Of a stretch of DNA of 64,000 nucleotides, positions 49,882 to 61,145 are shown in pieces. The stretch covers positions 156,386-220,385 of the forward strand of contig CAXXWC010000006.1 of the NCBI GenBank assembly GCA_963668645.2. The letters run 5' to 3'. Numbering within the stretch: the first letter of the stretch is position 1; each line of letters opens with the position of its first letter. The position numbers and the translations under genes are program-made. Source of the stretch: Desulfobacterales bacterium. Its GTDB lineage: Bacteria > Desulfobacterota > Desulfobacteria > Desulfobacterales > UBA2174. A model generated the notes under the pieces. The model ran no database searches and had not been told where the DNA came from. It saw only the letters and a list, made by a program, of their open reading frames with translations.

Positions 49882-51352
49882 ATGCTGCTTTCACGTTTTC
49901 CCGATCGGACGGCTTTCGAGGCCCTGGCCCGGACGCACAACGTCGTACCGGTCTGCGCCGAGATCCTGGCCGATACCGACACCCCGGTGGGCCTGCTGCG
50001 CAAGTTCTACCCGGGCCGCGGGCCGGTCTTTCTGCTGGAAAGCGTCGAAGGCGGCGAGCGCTGGGGCCGTTACAGTTTTCTGGGCACGGCGGTGCGCTGC
50101 CACCTGAGGGTCTTTGACCGGGTGGTGCGTATCGAAGAAAACGGCCGAAGCACCGAAATTGCCCACCACGGGGACCCCTTGGCCGTGCTGCGGGCCCGGA
50201 TGGCCGAGTACCGGCCGGCCCGGCTGCCGGAACTGCCGCGCTTCTGGGGAGGGCTGGTGGGGTATCTGAGCTACGAGATGGTCTCGTTTTTCGAAGCCAT
50301 CGAAAACCGCCTGCCGCCCGACGAGCCCCTGGCCCACTTCGTGATCCCCGAGGAGCTGGTCATTTTCGACAACCTTCGCCATACCCTGCAGTGCGTGGTG
50401 ACCGCTTTCGTGGCGGACCCGGCCCAGGCCGAAGCCGAGTTTGCAGCCGCCAACCAGCGCATCGAGGCCCTGCTGGAGACCATCCGGCAGCCGGGACCGG
50501 CCGTTGAAACCGCCCCCGGCGCCCCTCCCCTGCTGGCTCCGGTCCACGAGGAGCAGGTTTACCGGGATCGGGTTTCGCGCGTCAAAGAATATATCCGCGC
50601 CGGGGACATCATCCAGGCGGTGGTCAGCCAGCCCTTTGCCTGCCCGGCACCGGCCGACCCGTGGACCCTCTACCGGGCCCAGCGCTTCATCAATCCCTCG
50701 CCCTATCTTTATTTTCTGCATTTCGACGATCTGACCATGGTCGGTTCATCGCCCGAAACCATGGTGCGCCTCGAAAACGGGGTGGCCACCCTGCGGCCCA
50801 TCGCCGGCACCCGGCCCCGGGGCTCCAGCGAACAGGAGGACCGTGCCATGGCCGACGAACTGCTGGCCGATGAAAAGGAGCGCGCCGAACACCTCATGCT
50901 GGTGGACCTGGGCCGCAACGACCTGGGCCGGGTGGCCGAAACCGGTTCGGTTCAGGTCACCGACCTGATGTTCATCGAACGCTACAGCCATGTGATGCAC
51001 CTGGTCTCCAACATCATCTGCGATCTGCAAAGCGAGTGCGACGCCTGGGAGCTGATCCGGGCCACCTTTCCGGCCGGGACCCTCTCCGGTGCGCCCAAGG
51101 TGCGGGCCATGCAGATCATCGCTGAAATGGAAGCCCAGCCCCGGGGACCTTACGGCGGGGCCGTAGGCTACGTCTCCTTTGGCGGCAACATGGACCTGGC
51201 CATCACCATCCGCACGGCCTGCATCCGCAACGGCGCCCTGACGGTCCGGGCCGGGGCCGGCATCGTGGGCCGACAGCGATCCGGAGCGCGAACAGATGGA
51301 AACCGTCAACAAGGCCATGGCCATTCAACGGGCTTTGCAGATGATCGGCTGA
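49882..51352 (+). CDS. trpE: anthranilate synthase component I (one +1 frameshift near the C-terminus)
   Basis: LLESVEGGERWGRYS, NPSPY, PIAGTRPRG, EHLMLVDLGRND and TLSGAPK; removing one G at ~51267 restores AGAGIVADS..E..ET.NK ending at TGA 51352. Confidence 0.93.
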
Positions 51353-51380
51353 ACTAGAACCTCTAACCGAAAGCACCGTT

Positions 51381-51971
51381 ATGATCTTGATGATCGACAA
51401 CTACGATTCGTTCACTTACAATCTGGTGCAGTACCTGCGCCAGATGGACATGGCGGTGGAGGTGGCGCGCAACGACCAAATCGGTGTCGCCCAAATCGCC
51501 GAACGGCCGCCGGCCGGCATCGTCCTTTCCCCGGGACCGGGCCGGCCCGAATCGGCCGGGGTCTGTATGGAACTGATCCGCACCTTTTCCGGCCGGATCC
51601 CGATCCTGGGGGTCTGCCTGGGCCACCAGGCCATCGCGGCCGCCTTCGGGGCCAGCGTCGTGGCGGCCAAGCGATTGATGCACGGCAAGACCTCGATGGT
51701 GACCTGCGACGGGAAAGGGGTTTTCAGCGGGCTGGAGCGCCCGTTTCAGGCCATGCGCTACCACAGCCTGGCCGTGGCGGCCGGGAGCCTGCCCGAGTGC
51801 CTGGCGGTCAGCGCCGAGGCGGACGACGGGGAGATCATGGGGCTGCGCCATAGCGTGCACCCCACCGAGGGGATCCAGTTTCACCCCGAGTCGATCATGA
51901 CCCCCGTGGGCAAGCGGATCCTGCGCAACTTCGTCAATATTGCGGCGTCCTGCGCCGCCGCGACGCCATAG
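51381..51971 (+). CDS. trpG: anthranilate synthase component II (glutamine amidotransferase)
   Basis: IDNYDSFTYNL, SPGPG, GVCLGHQ, RYHSL and QFHPES. Confidence 0.95.
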   Translation: MILMIDNYDSFTYNLVQYLRQMDMAVEVARNDQIGVAQIAERPPAGIVLSPGPGRPESAGVCMELIRTFSGRIPILGVCLGHQAIAAAFGASVVAAKRLMHGKTSMVTCDGKGVFSGLERPFQAMRYHSLAVAAGSLPECLAVSAEADDGEIMGLRHSVHPTEGIQFHPESIMTPVGKRILRNFVNIAASCAAATP

Positions 51972-52124
51972 GCCGGTCGCCCCGGCACGATCGGGGCCAT
52001 GTTCATTCTTCGATCCGTTGGATCGGACCGATCGGTGGGACCCGAAAACAGCCGCCTCTTGGTGCATCGACGATTTTCGGCACGCAGGTTTAAAACACCA
52101 AATCAGACCACAAAGGACGTTCCC

Positions 52125-53141
52125 ATGTTTCGTGATTACCTGCAGCAAATCGTCCGCCGCCAGGATTTGACCCAGGAGGCCATGTCCGAAATGATCGCGG
52201 CGATCTTTTCCGGCGAAATCAGCGACGCCCAGATCGGGGCCTTCATGGGCGCCCTGGCCACCAAGGGTGAAACTTTCGCCGAGCTGGCCGGCGCGGCCCA
52301 GGCCATGCGCCGCAAAGCGCTGCGCATCCAGACCGGGGCCGACACGGTGGTCGATACCTGCGGCACCGGCGGCGACGGGGCCGGCACCTTCAACATCTCC
52401 ACCACCACGGCCTTCGTGGTGGCCGGCGCCGGGGTGACGGTGGCCAAGCACGGCAACCGTTCGGTATCGAGCCAGTGCGGCAGCGCCGACGTGCTCGAGG
52501 CCCTGGGGGTCAACCTGAACACCCCGCCCGAGATAGTGGAAGAAACCGTGCGCGCCATCGGCATCGGGTTCATGTTCGCCCCGCTTTTCCACGGGGCCAT
52601 GAAGCATGCCATGCGGGCCAGAAAGGAGGTCGGGTTGCGCAGCATCTTCAACATGCTCGGCCCCCTGACCAACCCGGCGGCGGCCAACTGCCAGCTGCTG
52701 GGCGTCTTTGCCCCGGAGCTAACCGAGATGTTCGCCGAGGCCCTGCGGCTTCTGGGCGCGCGCCGGGCCATGGTGGTGCACGGCCACGACGGCCTGGACG
52801 AGATTTCGGTCTGCGCCGCCACCCGGGTATCGGAGCTGGCCGACGGCAGGATCCGCACCTACGAGATCTATCCCGAGCAGTATTTCGGCGAGCTGGCCGC
52901 ACCCGAGGCGATCGCCGGCGGCGCGCCGGCGCAAAACGCCGCCATCACCCGGGCCATTCTGGATGGCGAAGCCGGTCCGCGGCGCAACGTGGTCATAGTC
53001 AACGCCGCGGCGGCCCTGGTCTGCGCCGGCAAGGCCCAGCGGATCGAGGACGGGCTGCGCCAGGCCGCCGAGGTCATCGACAGCGGTGCGGCCCGCGCCA
53101 AGCTCGAGGACCTGGTGCGCTACAGCCGGGAAAACGGATAG
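52125..53141 (+). CDS. trpD: anthranilate phosphoribosyltransferase
   Basis: DTCGTGGDG, NISTT, KHGNRSVSS, FNMLGPLTNP and DGLDE. Confidence 0.96.
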   Translation: MFRDYLQQIVRRQDLTQEAMSEMIAAIFSGEISDAQIGAFMGALATKGETFAELAGAAQAMRRKALRIQTGADTVVDTCGTGGDGAGTFNISTTTAFVVAGAGVTVAKHGNRSVSSQCGSADVLEALGVNLNTPPEIVEETVRAIGIGFMFAPLFHGAMKHAMRARKEVGLRSIFNMLGPLTNPAAANCQLLGVFAPELTEMFAEALRLLGARRAMVVHGHDGLDEISVCAATRVSELADGRIRTYEIYPEQYFGELAAPEAIAGGAPAQNAAITRAILDGEAGPRRNVVIVNAAAALVCAGKAQRIEDGLRQAAEVIDSGAARAKLEDLVRYSRENG

Positions 53142-53205
53142 CTGACCCGGAAAGCCCCTTCGTTCGATTTTCAGGGTGTTCACCCCAACTTGCGAGGAAC
53201 CCAAG

Positions 53206-54024
53206 ATGCCCGCCGATATCCTTTCCCGGATCGTGGAAAGCAAGCAGTCCGAGGTGGCCCGCCGCCGGGAGCGCGTCTGCGAGGAAGAGCTGAGGGCCGA
53301 AGCCCGCGCACGACGCTCCTACCGCTCGCTGGCCCGCCGCCTGGCAGAGCCCCCCGCGGGCGAAGCCAACATCATCGCCGAGATCAAACGCCGCAGCCCT
53401 TCCAAAGGAGCGCTGAACCCGGATCTGGACCCGGCCGATCAGGCCCGGCGCTACCAGGCCGGAGGCGCCGCAGCCCTCTCGGTGCTCACCGACGGCCCTT
53501 TTTTCGGCGGCTCGCTGGCCGATCTCCAGGCAGCCCGCGCAGCCTGCCGGCTGCCGGTGCTGCGCAAGGATTTTCTGATCTCTCCCTACCAGGTGCTGGA
53601 ATCGGCGGCCCGCGGCGCCGACGCGGTCCTGTTGATCGTGCGCATCCTGGATCTGCCCACCCTCCAGGAGATGCTGGCCCTGTGCGAGACCCTGCGCCTC
53701 GAAGCCCTGGTCGAGGTGCATACCCTGGCCGACCTGTCCACGGCCAGCGCCGCCGGCGCGCGTTTGATCGGGATCAACAACCGCAACCTGCAAACCTTTA
53801 CCACCGACATCGGTACGGCCCCGTCCCTGGCGGCACGCATGCAGACCGGCCAGATTCCGGTAGCCGCCAGCGGGATCGCCTCCCGCGAGGATGTGGAACG
53901 AAACCTGCGGGCCGGTATTTTCAACTTTTTGGTGGGCGAAAGCCTGGTGTGCGCCGAAGATCCGACCCGCATGCTGCGCACCCTGCGCGGGGTCGACTCG
54001 CTGGGGCGGAGCATCGACGGCTGA
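53206..54024 (+). CDS. trpC: indole-3-glycerol phosphate synthase
   Basis: IAEIKRRSPSKG, SVLTD, LRKDF, LVEVH and GINNRNL. Confidence 0.96.
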   Translation: MPADILSRIVESKQSEVARRRERVCEEELRAEARARRSYRSLARRLAEPPAGEANIIAEIKRRSPSKGALNPDLDPADQARRYQAGGAAALSVLTDGPFFGGSLADLQAARAACRLPVLRKDFLISPYQVLESAARGADAVLLIVRILDLPTLQEMLALCETLRLEALVEVHTLADLSTASAAGARLIGINNRNLQTFTTDIGTAPSLAARMQTGQIPVAASGIASREDVERNLRAGIFNFLVGESLVCAEDPTRMLRTLRGVDSLGRSIDG

Positions 54025-54067
54025 TTGGCGATAGGATGCGATGCACCGCTGGTGGAGTCTGAAACCG

Positions 54068-54745
54068 ATGCCTGACCATCAATCCGCCCCCGTCCGGATC
54101 AAGATCTGCGGCCTGACCCGCCCCGGGGAGGCTGCGGCCTGCGCCGCGCTGGGCGCCGATGCCATCGGCATGATCTTCTATCCGCCCAGCCCCCGCCACC
54201 TGAGCCCTGAAGCCGCAGCGCAGATCTGCGCCGCCCTGCCTGCGGGCGTGGCGCGCATCGGGGTCTTCGTGGATGCTCCGGCCGAAAGTATCCTGGAGCG
54301 GGCACACCGCTGCAACCTGACCGGGGTCCAGCTCCACGGCAATGAAACGCCCGAAACGGTTCGCGATCTTAGGGCCGCCGGCCTGCCGGTGATCAAGGCC
54401 CTGTTTGCCGCCCGATCACCCGGCCTGGATGCCGCAGCCGCCTATACCCCGTCGGCCTTTCTGGTGGAATGCGGCCGCGGCAAACTGCCCGGAGGCAACG
54501 CCGAAGTCTGGAATTGGGCCGAGGCACGCCGTGTCGCCCCCCTCGGGCCGCTGGTGCTGGCCGGCGGTCTGAATCCGGGCAACGTGGCTGAAGCCATCGC
54601 CGCCGCCGCACCGGACGCGGTGGACGTGAGCAGCGGGGTGGAAAGCGCTCCGGGACGCAAGGATCTGGACAAGGTAGCGGACTTTATCCGGGCCGTGCGC
54701 AAAACCGGGGCTGTGCGGCGCCGGCCTGTTTTTGCCTTCCGCTAA
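54068..54745 (+). CDS. trpF: phosphoribosylanthranilate isomerase
   Basis: IKICGLT, QLHGNE, LAGGL and DVSSGVE..PG.KD. Confidence 0.94.
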   Translation: MPDHQSAPVRIKICGLTRPGEAAACAALGADAIGMIFYPPSPRHLSPEAAAQICAALPAGVARIGVFVDAPAESILERAHRCNLTGVQLHGNETPETVRDLRAAGLPVIKALFAARSPGLDAAAAYTPSAFLVECGRGKLPGGNAEVWNWAEARRVAPLGPLVLAGGLNPGNVAEAIAAAAPDAVDVSSGVESAPGRKDLDKVADFIRAVRKTGAVRRRPVFAFR

Positions 54746-54802
54746 CCGGCGTCCGGCTCATTCCCCCGCCGGTCTACCCAAAAAAGACGCCCCCTGGCGT
54801 TT

Positions 54803-55540
54803 CTAGCGCATCTTGCGGATCCGCACCTCGATATCCTTTTCCCCTTTGAGCAGTTCGACCAGCCTGGCCGGATCGGTCTCGCCGTAATGGTAGGGATAGA
54901 GGACCTGGGGCCGGAAGGCGGCCGCGGCGGCCGCCACCATTTCCGGGGTCATGGTGTAGGGCAGGTTCATGGGCAAAAAAGCGCAGTCGATGCCCTTGAG
55001 GGCTTTCATTTCCGGGATGTTTTCCGTGTCCCCGGCCACATAGACCCGCTTGTCGCCGAACCCGAGGATATACCCGTTGCCCACCCCTTTGGGATGAAAG
55101 GGCTGGCCGTTATCGCGCTTGTGGACCAGGTTGTAGGCCGGCACCGCCTCGATGGCGATGCCCAGGGCCTGGCGCACGTCGCCGTTTGCCATGACCAGGG
55201 CCCCCGGGACCTGCCGGGCCGCGGCCCCGTTGGCGATCACCACGGTGTCTGCCCGGCGCACGCTTTCAAGGGCCTTGAGGTCGAGATGATCCTGGTGCTC
55301 GTGGGTGATCAGGATCAGATCCGCCTTGGGCAGGGTGCGGTAGTCGGTCAACCGGCCGTACGGATCCACATGAATGATCCGCCCGCCGAAATCGAAGATC
55401 AGCGATCCGTGGCCGATGAAGGTGATCTTGAGGGGCCCGGCCGAGGTTTGGAGCACATCCACCTCAAACGGCGCCTGGGCCGCGGCCGGAATCCCCACGG
55501 CGACGACAAGACATCCGAGCAGAACACAGAAGTTTCTCAT
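54803..55540 (-). CDS. exported MBL-fold metallo-hydrolase (UlaG-like)
   Basis: Signal peptide, VDPY, THEHQDH, AGDT and PYHY. Confidence 0.85.
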   Translation of the reverse strand: MRNFCVLLGCLVVAVGIPAAAQAPFEVDVLQTSAGPLKITFIGHGSLIFDFGGRIIHVDPYGRLTDYRTLPKADLILITHEHQDHLDLKALESVRRADTVVIANGAAARQVPGALVMANGDVRQALGIAIEAVPAYNLVHKRDNGQPFHPKGVGNGYILGFGDKRVYVAGDTENIPEMKALKGIDCAFLPMNLPYTMTPEMVAAAAAAFRPQVLYPYHYGETDPARLVELLKGEKDIEVRIRKMR

Positions 55541-55605
55541 CCTGGATATCCTTCCCCCTGGAGGGTTCTACCGGCATCCCCACCGGCAAAAAAACCGTGC
55601 AACCA

Positions 55606-57073
55606 TCACGGCAGGCGGATCTTTTTTCCAATCTCCCACAGTTCGGTGGGGCCGTAACCGGCCAGGTGCTGGTTCTGTTTGAAGCTGACATGGGACCAGA
55701 AGGGCCCGCCGGCGTCACTGGACAGCACCGCGGCCTGGATGTAGCGGTACTCGCCCTTGAGCACCCACCAGTCCTTGTCCACAATCGCCAGCCGCTCCAC
55801 CTTCCAGCCCCGGTCCGCCAAAAGCGCATCCATTTCCTTTTCCAGGGCCTTGCTGGTCATCTTGGCCCCGGGAAAGGGGCGCGGCCGGTTTTCCCAGGCC
55901 TGGCGTTTTTCGCCCCAGCCGCGGTTTTCAATTTCCAGTTCGGCCAGGCGTCCGGCAAGGGCGGCCGCTTCGGCCGGTGCCACGGCCTTGAGCCTTTCGA
56001 TGCGCCGGTTCAGGTCCTTGATTTTTTCCCGGTCCCACGGAAAAGAGCGAACGGTCGGAATCTTCCTTCCAGGCCTTGTTTTGCTCGAAGCGGCGCGCCC
56101 ACTGGACCAGTTCATCTTCGACGGCCTTTTGCATATCGCCGACACCGGCATTTTTCTGCCGGCTGTAATTCTCGATGGCCAGCCGCAGATCCGCCGCCGC
56201 CTTTTCCAGCCGGGGACCGGCGCCTCCGGCGGGCACCGCCTTTTCGTAGTCCGCCAGAAGTTGTTTGGCCGCTTCAAGCTTGCGATCCTGCGCTGAGAGC
56301 TGCTGCGGGTCGTGGATCATGGGAAAATCGATATAGCTGGCGCCTGTCGGCTGGATGAAGGCCTCGAAGCGTGGAATCCATTTTTCGTCCAGCGCGGCGC
56401 TCTGCTCTGCGGCGGCCCGCTTCTCATCCGCCGCCCGGTTCTGGCGGCCCTCACCTTCTGTGCGCAGGGCGGCGATTTGAATTTCCAAATCGCTGTAACG
56501 CCGATAAAGGGGATCGGCCTCAGGATGGCCGGAACCGATCTTGTAGGAGCGCTCGGCCCGCTCCAGCAGCCCCTTGGCCCTTCCAAGCCGGTCGCCGGCC
56601 TTGTAGAGCCGCGTGCCGAACAGGTTGAAATCGTTTTGCGCCAGGCTTTCCCGGGCCTGGGCCAGGGCGGCTTGAGCGGCATCGATCTCCTTGCCGGCAT
56701 TGGCCAGGGTCTGCACGGCACCGGTGCTGAGCTGGGAGGAAGCAGCGGCTGGCTGACCGGCCGGTGGGTGGGTGGGTGACTTGGAAGCCGGTGCGCCGGA
56801 AAGCTTCTCATCGACTCTTTTCTTGAGACGTTCGAACTTGGTCTCAAGGGTCTTGATCGACTTGTGGCCCGGGTCTTCGGCCTTGAGGGCCTCGATCTGG
56901 GACGCCGCCTGGTCGAGCAGGCTTTGCGCTTCTTGCGGATTGCCGCTGAAAAAGGAATTTTCAGCCTGGCGGATCAGGTTGTTGGCTGTTTTGGCCAGAT
57001 CGTCGCTCTTGGCCGCAGCCACCGAACTGCCCAGGCATACCAGCAATGTCACGACCATCAACTTGCGCATCAT
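55606..57073 (-). CDS. secreted, largely alpha-helical hypothetical protein (one frameshift)
   Basis: Signal peptide MMRKLMVVTLLVCLG; ORFs 55928-57241 and 55606-56277 join if one G is removed at ~56035. Confidence 0.65.
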
Positions 57074-57137
57074 CGACGTGTCCCTCCCTTTCGGTTTGTC
57101 CGGCGTCAACCCCCTGTCTGGAAAATCACTTATGCGT

Positions 57138-58031
57138 TTACTCATCGGGCAATTCATCGAAACGGTCAAGATCTGAATTTGCAGCCGTCGGAACACCTTT
57201 GACGATCCAGGCCGGTGGCCGGCGCCGGCCACCGGTGACATCCTGCATGCGAACGCCCCAGGCGGCCTCGTGCAGTCTGCGGCCGCCGCCGTCGAAGATG
57301 AAGATGTCGAAAACCAGGGCCTTTTCGCGCCTGCTCTGCGGGACCACCCGGGCCCAATAGGTTTCGGTCAATTTGGTGGGAACAAAAATACTTCTGGCGG
57401 CCAGGCCCACCGGAAAGGCCACCGTAGCGGCAAACCGCTGGCCCCAGACGCAGGCCGCATGAAAAGCGGCGTCCAGCACATAGGGAGACCCCAGGATGAA
57501 ACGCCTCCCGTCTTCTTGCGGGGATCCGACCCGGGCCAGGGCCCCCTGGGGAGCGAGCATCAGGTCACCGACGATGTTGCGGTAGTGCGGCCCGAAAGTG
57601 ACCAGTTCCGGGTAGATCCGTTCCGCACCGACGGTCTCGATCTCGGCTTGAGGAGGGAAAAACAGGACCGGTGCCCGGATCGAGGCTTCGGGCGGCACGG
57701 ACCCGATGGTCATGGCCGCGTGGATCTTGACCCGCGTCATGGCCGAACGCCGCCCCCGGCTGCGGGTCTGGAGGGTGGCGCTCACCGCGTCCCGCGCCAA
57801 CCACTCCAGACCCATTTGCAGGGCCGGGGGCGGCGGATCGAGGAAAAGAAACTTTTCGAATCGCAGATCGGTCAGGCATGCGGCATCAAGGCCGGGAAAG
57901 CGGCCCGCGGCGCAGCCGGCCAGCAGTTCCATGGCCTCGACGGCCGGCAGCACCGGACGGCCGTCCAGATGGTGGTCGGCGGCAAAGGGCGGCAGGGTGC
58001 AGTCCACCGCTAGCGGGGAAAATTCTGCCAT
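57138..58031 (-). CDS. stand-alone PKS-type dehydratase (double hot-dog)
   Basis: DHHLDGRPVLPA (HxxxGxxxxP), FGPHYR and LDAAFH. Confidence 0.8.
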   Translation of the reverse strand: MAEFSPLAVDCTLPPFAADHHLDGRPVLPAVEAMELLAGCAAGRFPGLDAACLTDLRFEKFLFLDPPPPALQMGLEWLARDAVSATLQTRSRGRRSAMTRVKIHAAMTIGSVPPEASIRAPVLFFPPQAEIETVGAERIYPELVTFGPHYRNIVGDLMLAPQGALARVGSPQEDGRRFILGSPYVLDAAFHAACVWGQRFAATVAFPVGLAARSIFVPTKLTETYWARVVPQSRREKALVFDIFIFDGGGRRLHEAAWGVRMQDVTGGRRRPPAWIVKGVPTAANSDLDRFDELPDE

Positions 58032-58489
58032 AGCTGCAGGGTCTTGGGATCCACCTCCACCGGCGTGCCGGCGCCGTTGACGGCGCAGTGGCGGGTGATG
58101 CCGCGGCAGATCAGGGTCTCGTCCGCCTCGCGCACGATGGCGTAGTCGAACTGCAGCCGCACCCGCTCCAGCTCGGCCGGACGGGTAAAAACCCAGAAGG
58201 CGTCGTCGTAGTACAGAGGCCGGTAGTAGTCCACGGCGACCTTGATGATCGGATAGACGTATCCGCTCTCTTCGATTTCCCGGTAGGGATAGGCGCTGTC
58301 GCGCATCAGGGAAGCCCGGCCGAACTCGAAATAACGCAGATAGTTGGCATGGTAGACCACCTGGCTGCGGTCGGTGTCGGCGTAGAGCACCCGCTGCCGG
58401 CAGCGGTGAAAGACCTGGCCGCTGTGGCGCTCGCGCACAAAACGCCGGTCATCATCCAGGACCTGGGGCGCAAACGGTTTGGGCCTCAT
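58010..58489 (-). CDS. acyl-CoA/ACP thioesterase (YbgC/4HBT family)
   Basis: RVLYADTD...VVYHANYLRYFE.GR and Y.RP..YDD. Confidence 0.88.
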   Translation of the reverse strand: MRPKPFAPQVLDDDRRFVRERHSGQVFHRCRQRVLYADTDRSQVVYHANYLRYFEFGRASLMRDSAYPYREIEESGYVYPIIKVAVDYYRPLYYDDAFWVFTRPAELERVRLQFDYAIVREADETLICRGITRHCAVNGAGTPVEVDPKTLQLWQNFPR

Positions 58490-58490
58490 C

Positions 58491-59756
58491 TCAAACCCCC
58501 CGAAACACGATGCAGCAGTTGGTGCCGCCGAACCCGAAGGCATTGGAAAGGCACAGTTCATAGGCCTGGCGGCGGGCCTGGTTGGGCACCACGTCCAGGT
58601 CCGCCAGCTCCGGGTCGGGGATGTGGTTGACCGTCGGCAAGATCAGGCCCCGGTGCATCCCCTCAATGGCCAGGACCGCCTCCACCGCCGCCGCGGCCCC
58701 CAGGGTGTGGCCGACCTGGGACTTGTTGGAAGAGACCGGCAACCGTTTGAGACGGACCCCGAAGACCTCGCGCAGGCTGGCGGCCTCCACCGCATCGCCT
58801 TTCAGGGTGGAGGTCCCGTGGGCGTTGACATACTCGATGTCCGCCGGCGTAAGGGCCGCGTCCGCCAGGGCCTCCTCAATCGCGCGAACGATGGTCGCCC
58901 GGTTGGGGAGGGTGAAATGGTGGGCGTCCGAAGTCCACCCGATCCCCAGCACCTCGGCCCGCGGGGTCAATCCCAGGCAGTGCAGCATCTCCTCGGCGGC
59001 CAGCACCAGGACACCGCCGCCTTCGGCCAGGACGATGCCGCGCCGGTCGAGGCTGAAGGGCCGCGAGGCCTGGCACGGGTCGGCAAAGGCCCGATCCCGG
59101 GGGCCCACCTTGATGGTGGCCCACATGTTGGCAAACCCCTGGATGATCTCGGGCACCAGGCAGGTGTCCACCCCGCCGGCCAGCACGAAGTCGCAGTCCC
59201 CGTCACGGATCATGCGGGCCCCCAGGGCGATGGCGTGGTTGCCCGAGGCACAAGCCCCCTGGGGCGAGAAGATCGGTCCGGTGAACCCCAGGCGCATTGC
59301 GGCTTTTCCCGCCGGCAGGTTGGCGCACAGGTTGGGCAGCAGGTAGGGGCTGACCTTGGTCGGACCGTGGTGAATATAGTTGTCCATGGCCGTACGAAAG
59401 GCGTCCGTCCCGTTGAGGGCCGAGCCCACCAGGCAGGCGGTGCGCGGTCCGGTCTCGGCGTCGATGACCAGGCCGGCATGGGCCAAAGCCCGCCGGCAGA
59501 GCACCATGGTCAAGAGCACGTAGGCGGCGTCCCAGTTGCGCGCCTCGCGCCGGTCGAGGTCTTCCAGGTCGGCAGGGGGCCAGTCCGGGATCTCGCCCAC
59601 CACGCTGCTGAGACTCTCGGCCTGGCAGCGCGTCAGGCGAGAAAAGCCCGCCTCGCCGGCTGCGGCCCGCTGCCAGGTGGCGTCTAGGCCGGCCCCCAGG
59701 CAGGTGGCGGCATCGTAGCCCACCACAAAGACCCGCCGGTTCAACGGTGCGCGCAT
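58491..59756 (-). CDS. beta-ketoacyl-ACP synthase (FabF-like)
   Basis: GACASG, NAHGTST, KSQVGHTLG and NAFGFGG. Confidence 0.92.
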   Translation of the reverse strand: MRAPLNRRVFVVGYDAATCLGAGLDATWQRAAAGEAGFSRLTRCQAESLSSVVGEIPDWPPADLEDLDRREARNWDAAYVLLTMVLCRRALAHAGLVIDAETGPRTACLVGSALNGTDAFRTAMDNYIHHGPTKVSPYLLPNLCANLPAGKAAMRLGFTGPIFSPQGACASGNHAIALGARMIRDGDCDFVLAGGVDTCLVPEIIQGFANMWATIKVGPRDRAFADPCQASRPFSLDRRGIVLAEGGGVLVLAAEEMLHCLGLTPRAEVLGIGWTSDAHHFTLPNRATIVRAIEEALADAALTPADIEYVNAHGTSTLKGDAVEAASLREVFGVRLKRLPVSSNKSQVGHTLGAAAAVEAVLAIEGMHRGLILPTVNHIPDPELADLDVVPNQARRQAYELCLSNAFGFGGTNCCIVFRGV

Positions 59757-59867
59757 GAGACCTCCGAGGGGCAAAGATTCCGAACTGCGTATTCCGGCTT
59801 CCAAACCATGGCGTCATCATCCCTGGGACATCGGCTTTCGCCATCCGGGAAAAATCCATCCATCCCT

Positions 59868-61120
59868 TCAACCCCGCCGCCGCAGCACCAGGCAGGTGTT
59901 GCAGCCGCCGAAGCCGAAGGCGTTCTTGAGCACCACCGGCTGGTCCAGGATGCAAGGATCGGAGCTGAGACAGTCCAGCCCCAACTCCGGATCCGGGCGG
60001 TAGTTGAGGGTCGGGGGCAGGCGGCCGCCGCGCATGGCCTGGATGGCCCAGACGGTTTCGATGGCGCTCGATGCCCCCATGGCATGGCCGATGAGCGACT
60101 TGTTGGCCGTTACCGGCGGTACCCGGTCGCAAAAGACCTGCCTGAGGGCCTCGGCCTCCACCCGATCCCCGGCCCGAGTGGAAGCCGCGTGGGCATTGAC
60201 CGCGGCCACGTCGGCGGGCCGCAGGCCGGCATCCGCGATGGCCCCGGCCATGCAGCGGGCCACGGTAGGCAGATGGGGCGCCACGAAATGGTGGGCGTCG
60301 CTGGTCATGGCCCAGCCGGCCAGTTCGATGTCCTGCGCCAGCCCGTGCAAGCGGGCGAATTCAGGGGTTGTCAGGATCGTGCAGGCCGCCCCTTCGGCCA
60401 CCACGAACCCCCGCCGGCCCGGGGAAAAAGGCCGGCTGGCGGCTGGCGGCGCTTCGGCGGCGGCGCCCTCGGCCGGCACATAAGCCCCGCCCATGGTGGC
60501 GAATCCGGCCACGATGGGCTCCACCAGGGGAAAATCCACCGCCCCGCAGATGGCCACATCGGCCAGCCCCTGGGCCAGGAACATGGCCCCCACCGCCATG
60601 GAGGTGGCCCCGGTGGCGCAGGCCGTGATGGTGGCGCTGATGGGGCCCGGTCGCCCCGGTGTGCATCGAAACCCGCCCGCCCACCATGTTGATGCAGGCG
60701 TTGGGGTTAACGGCCGGAACGGGCAGCCGGCCGCTGCCCATCAGGCCCCGGTCGGCGGCCAGAACCGCATCCAGGCCGCCGATGGCCGAACTGAAGGTCA
60801 CCGCCACCCGGGGCGCCAGGCGGGGGGTGATGTCGATCCCGCTGCGCGCCAGGGCCCGGGTCACGGTGAGCAGGGCGTATTTGAAAACCGGCGATATCCA
60901 TCGCGCCTGTTCACGGGGCTTGAGAAACGGTTCGTCCAGATGGTCGATGGGGTCCACCTGGCCGGCGATGGATACCGGAAATCCGGGCGGCAGGGGGAAA
61001 ACGGGTCAGCGGTCCCACCCCGCTTCGGCCGGCCAGGGCCTGTTGCCACTGGGTTTCAAGGTCCAGGCCCAGGGGAGAGACGGCATCCATGGCCACAATC
61101 AGCGGGCGCAGCTTCGACAT
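59868..61120 (-). CDS. second beta-ketoacyl-ACP synthase (FabF-like), frameshifted
   Basis: SPLG N-terminus, ITACATG, SRPF, NAHAAST, KSLIGHAMG and NAFGFGG across three to four frames. Confidence 0.85.
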
Positions 61121-61145
61121 CGCTCCCTCGCGGGTCCCCACCTTC

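Noticed and set aside
51255..51357. Programmed frameshift or true pseudogene in trpE and mscS
   Set aside because: No slippery heptamer or stimulatory structure; the pattern matches the region-wide homopolymer insertion errors.
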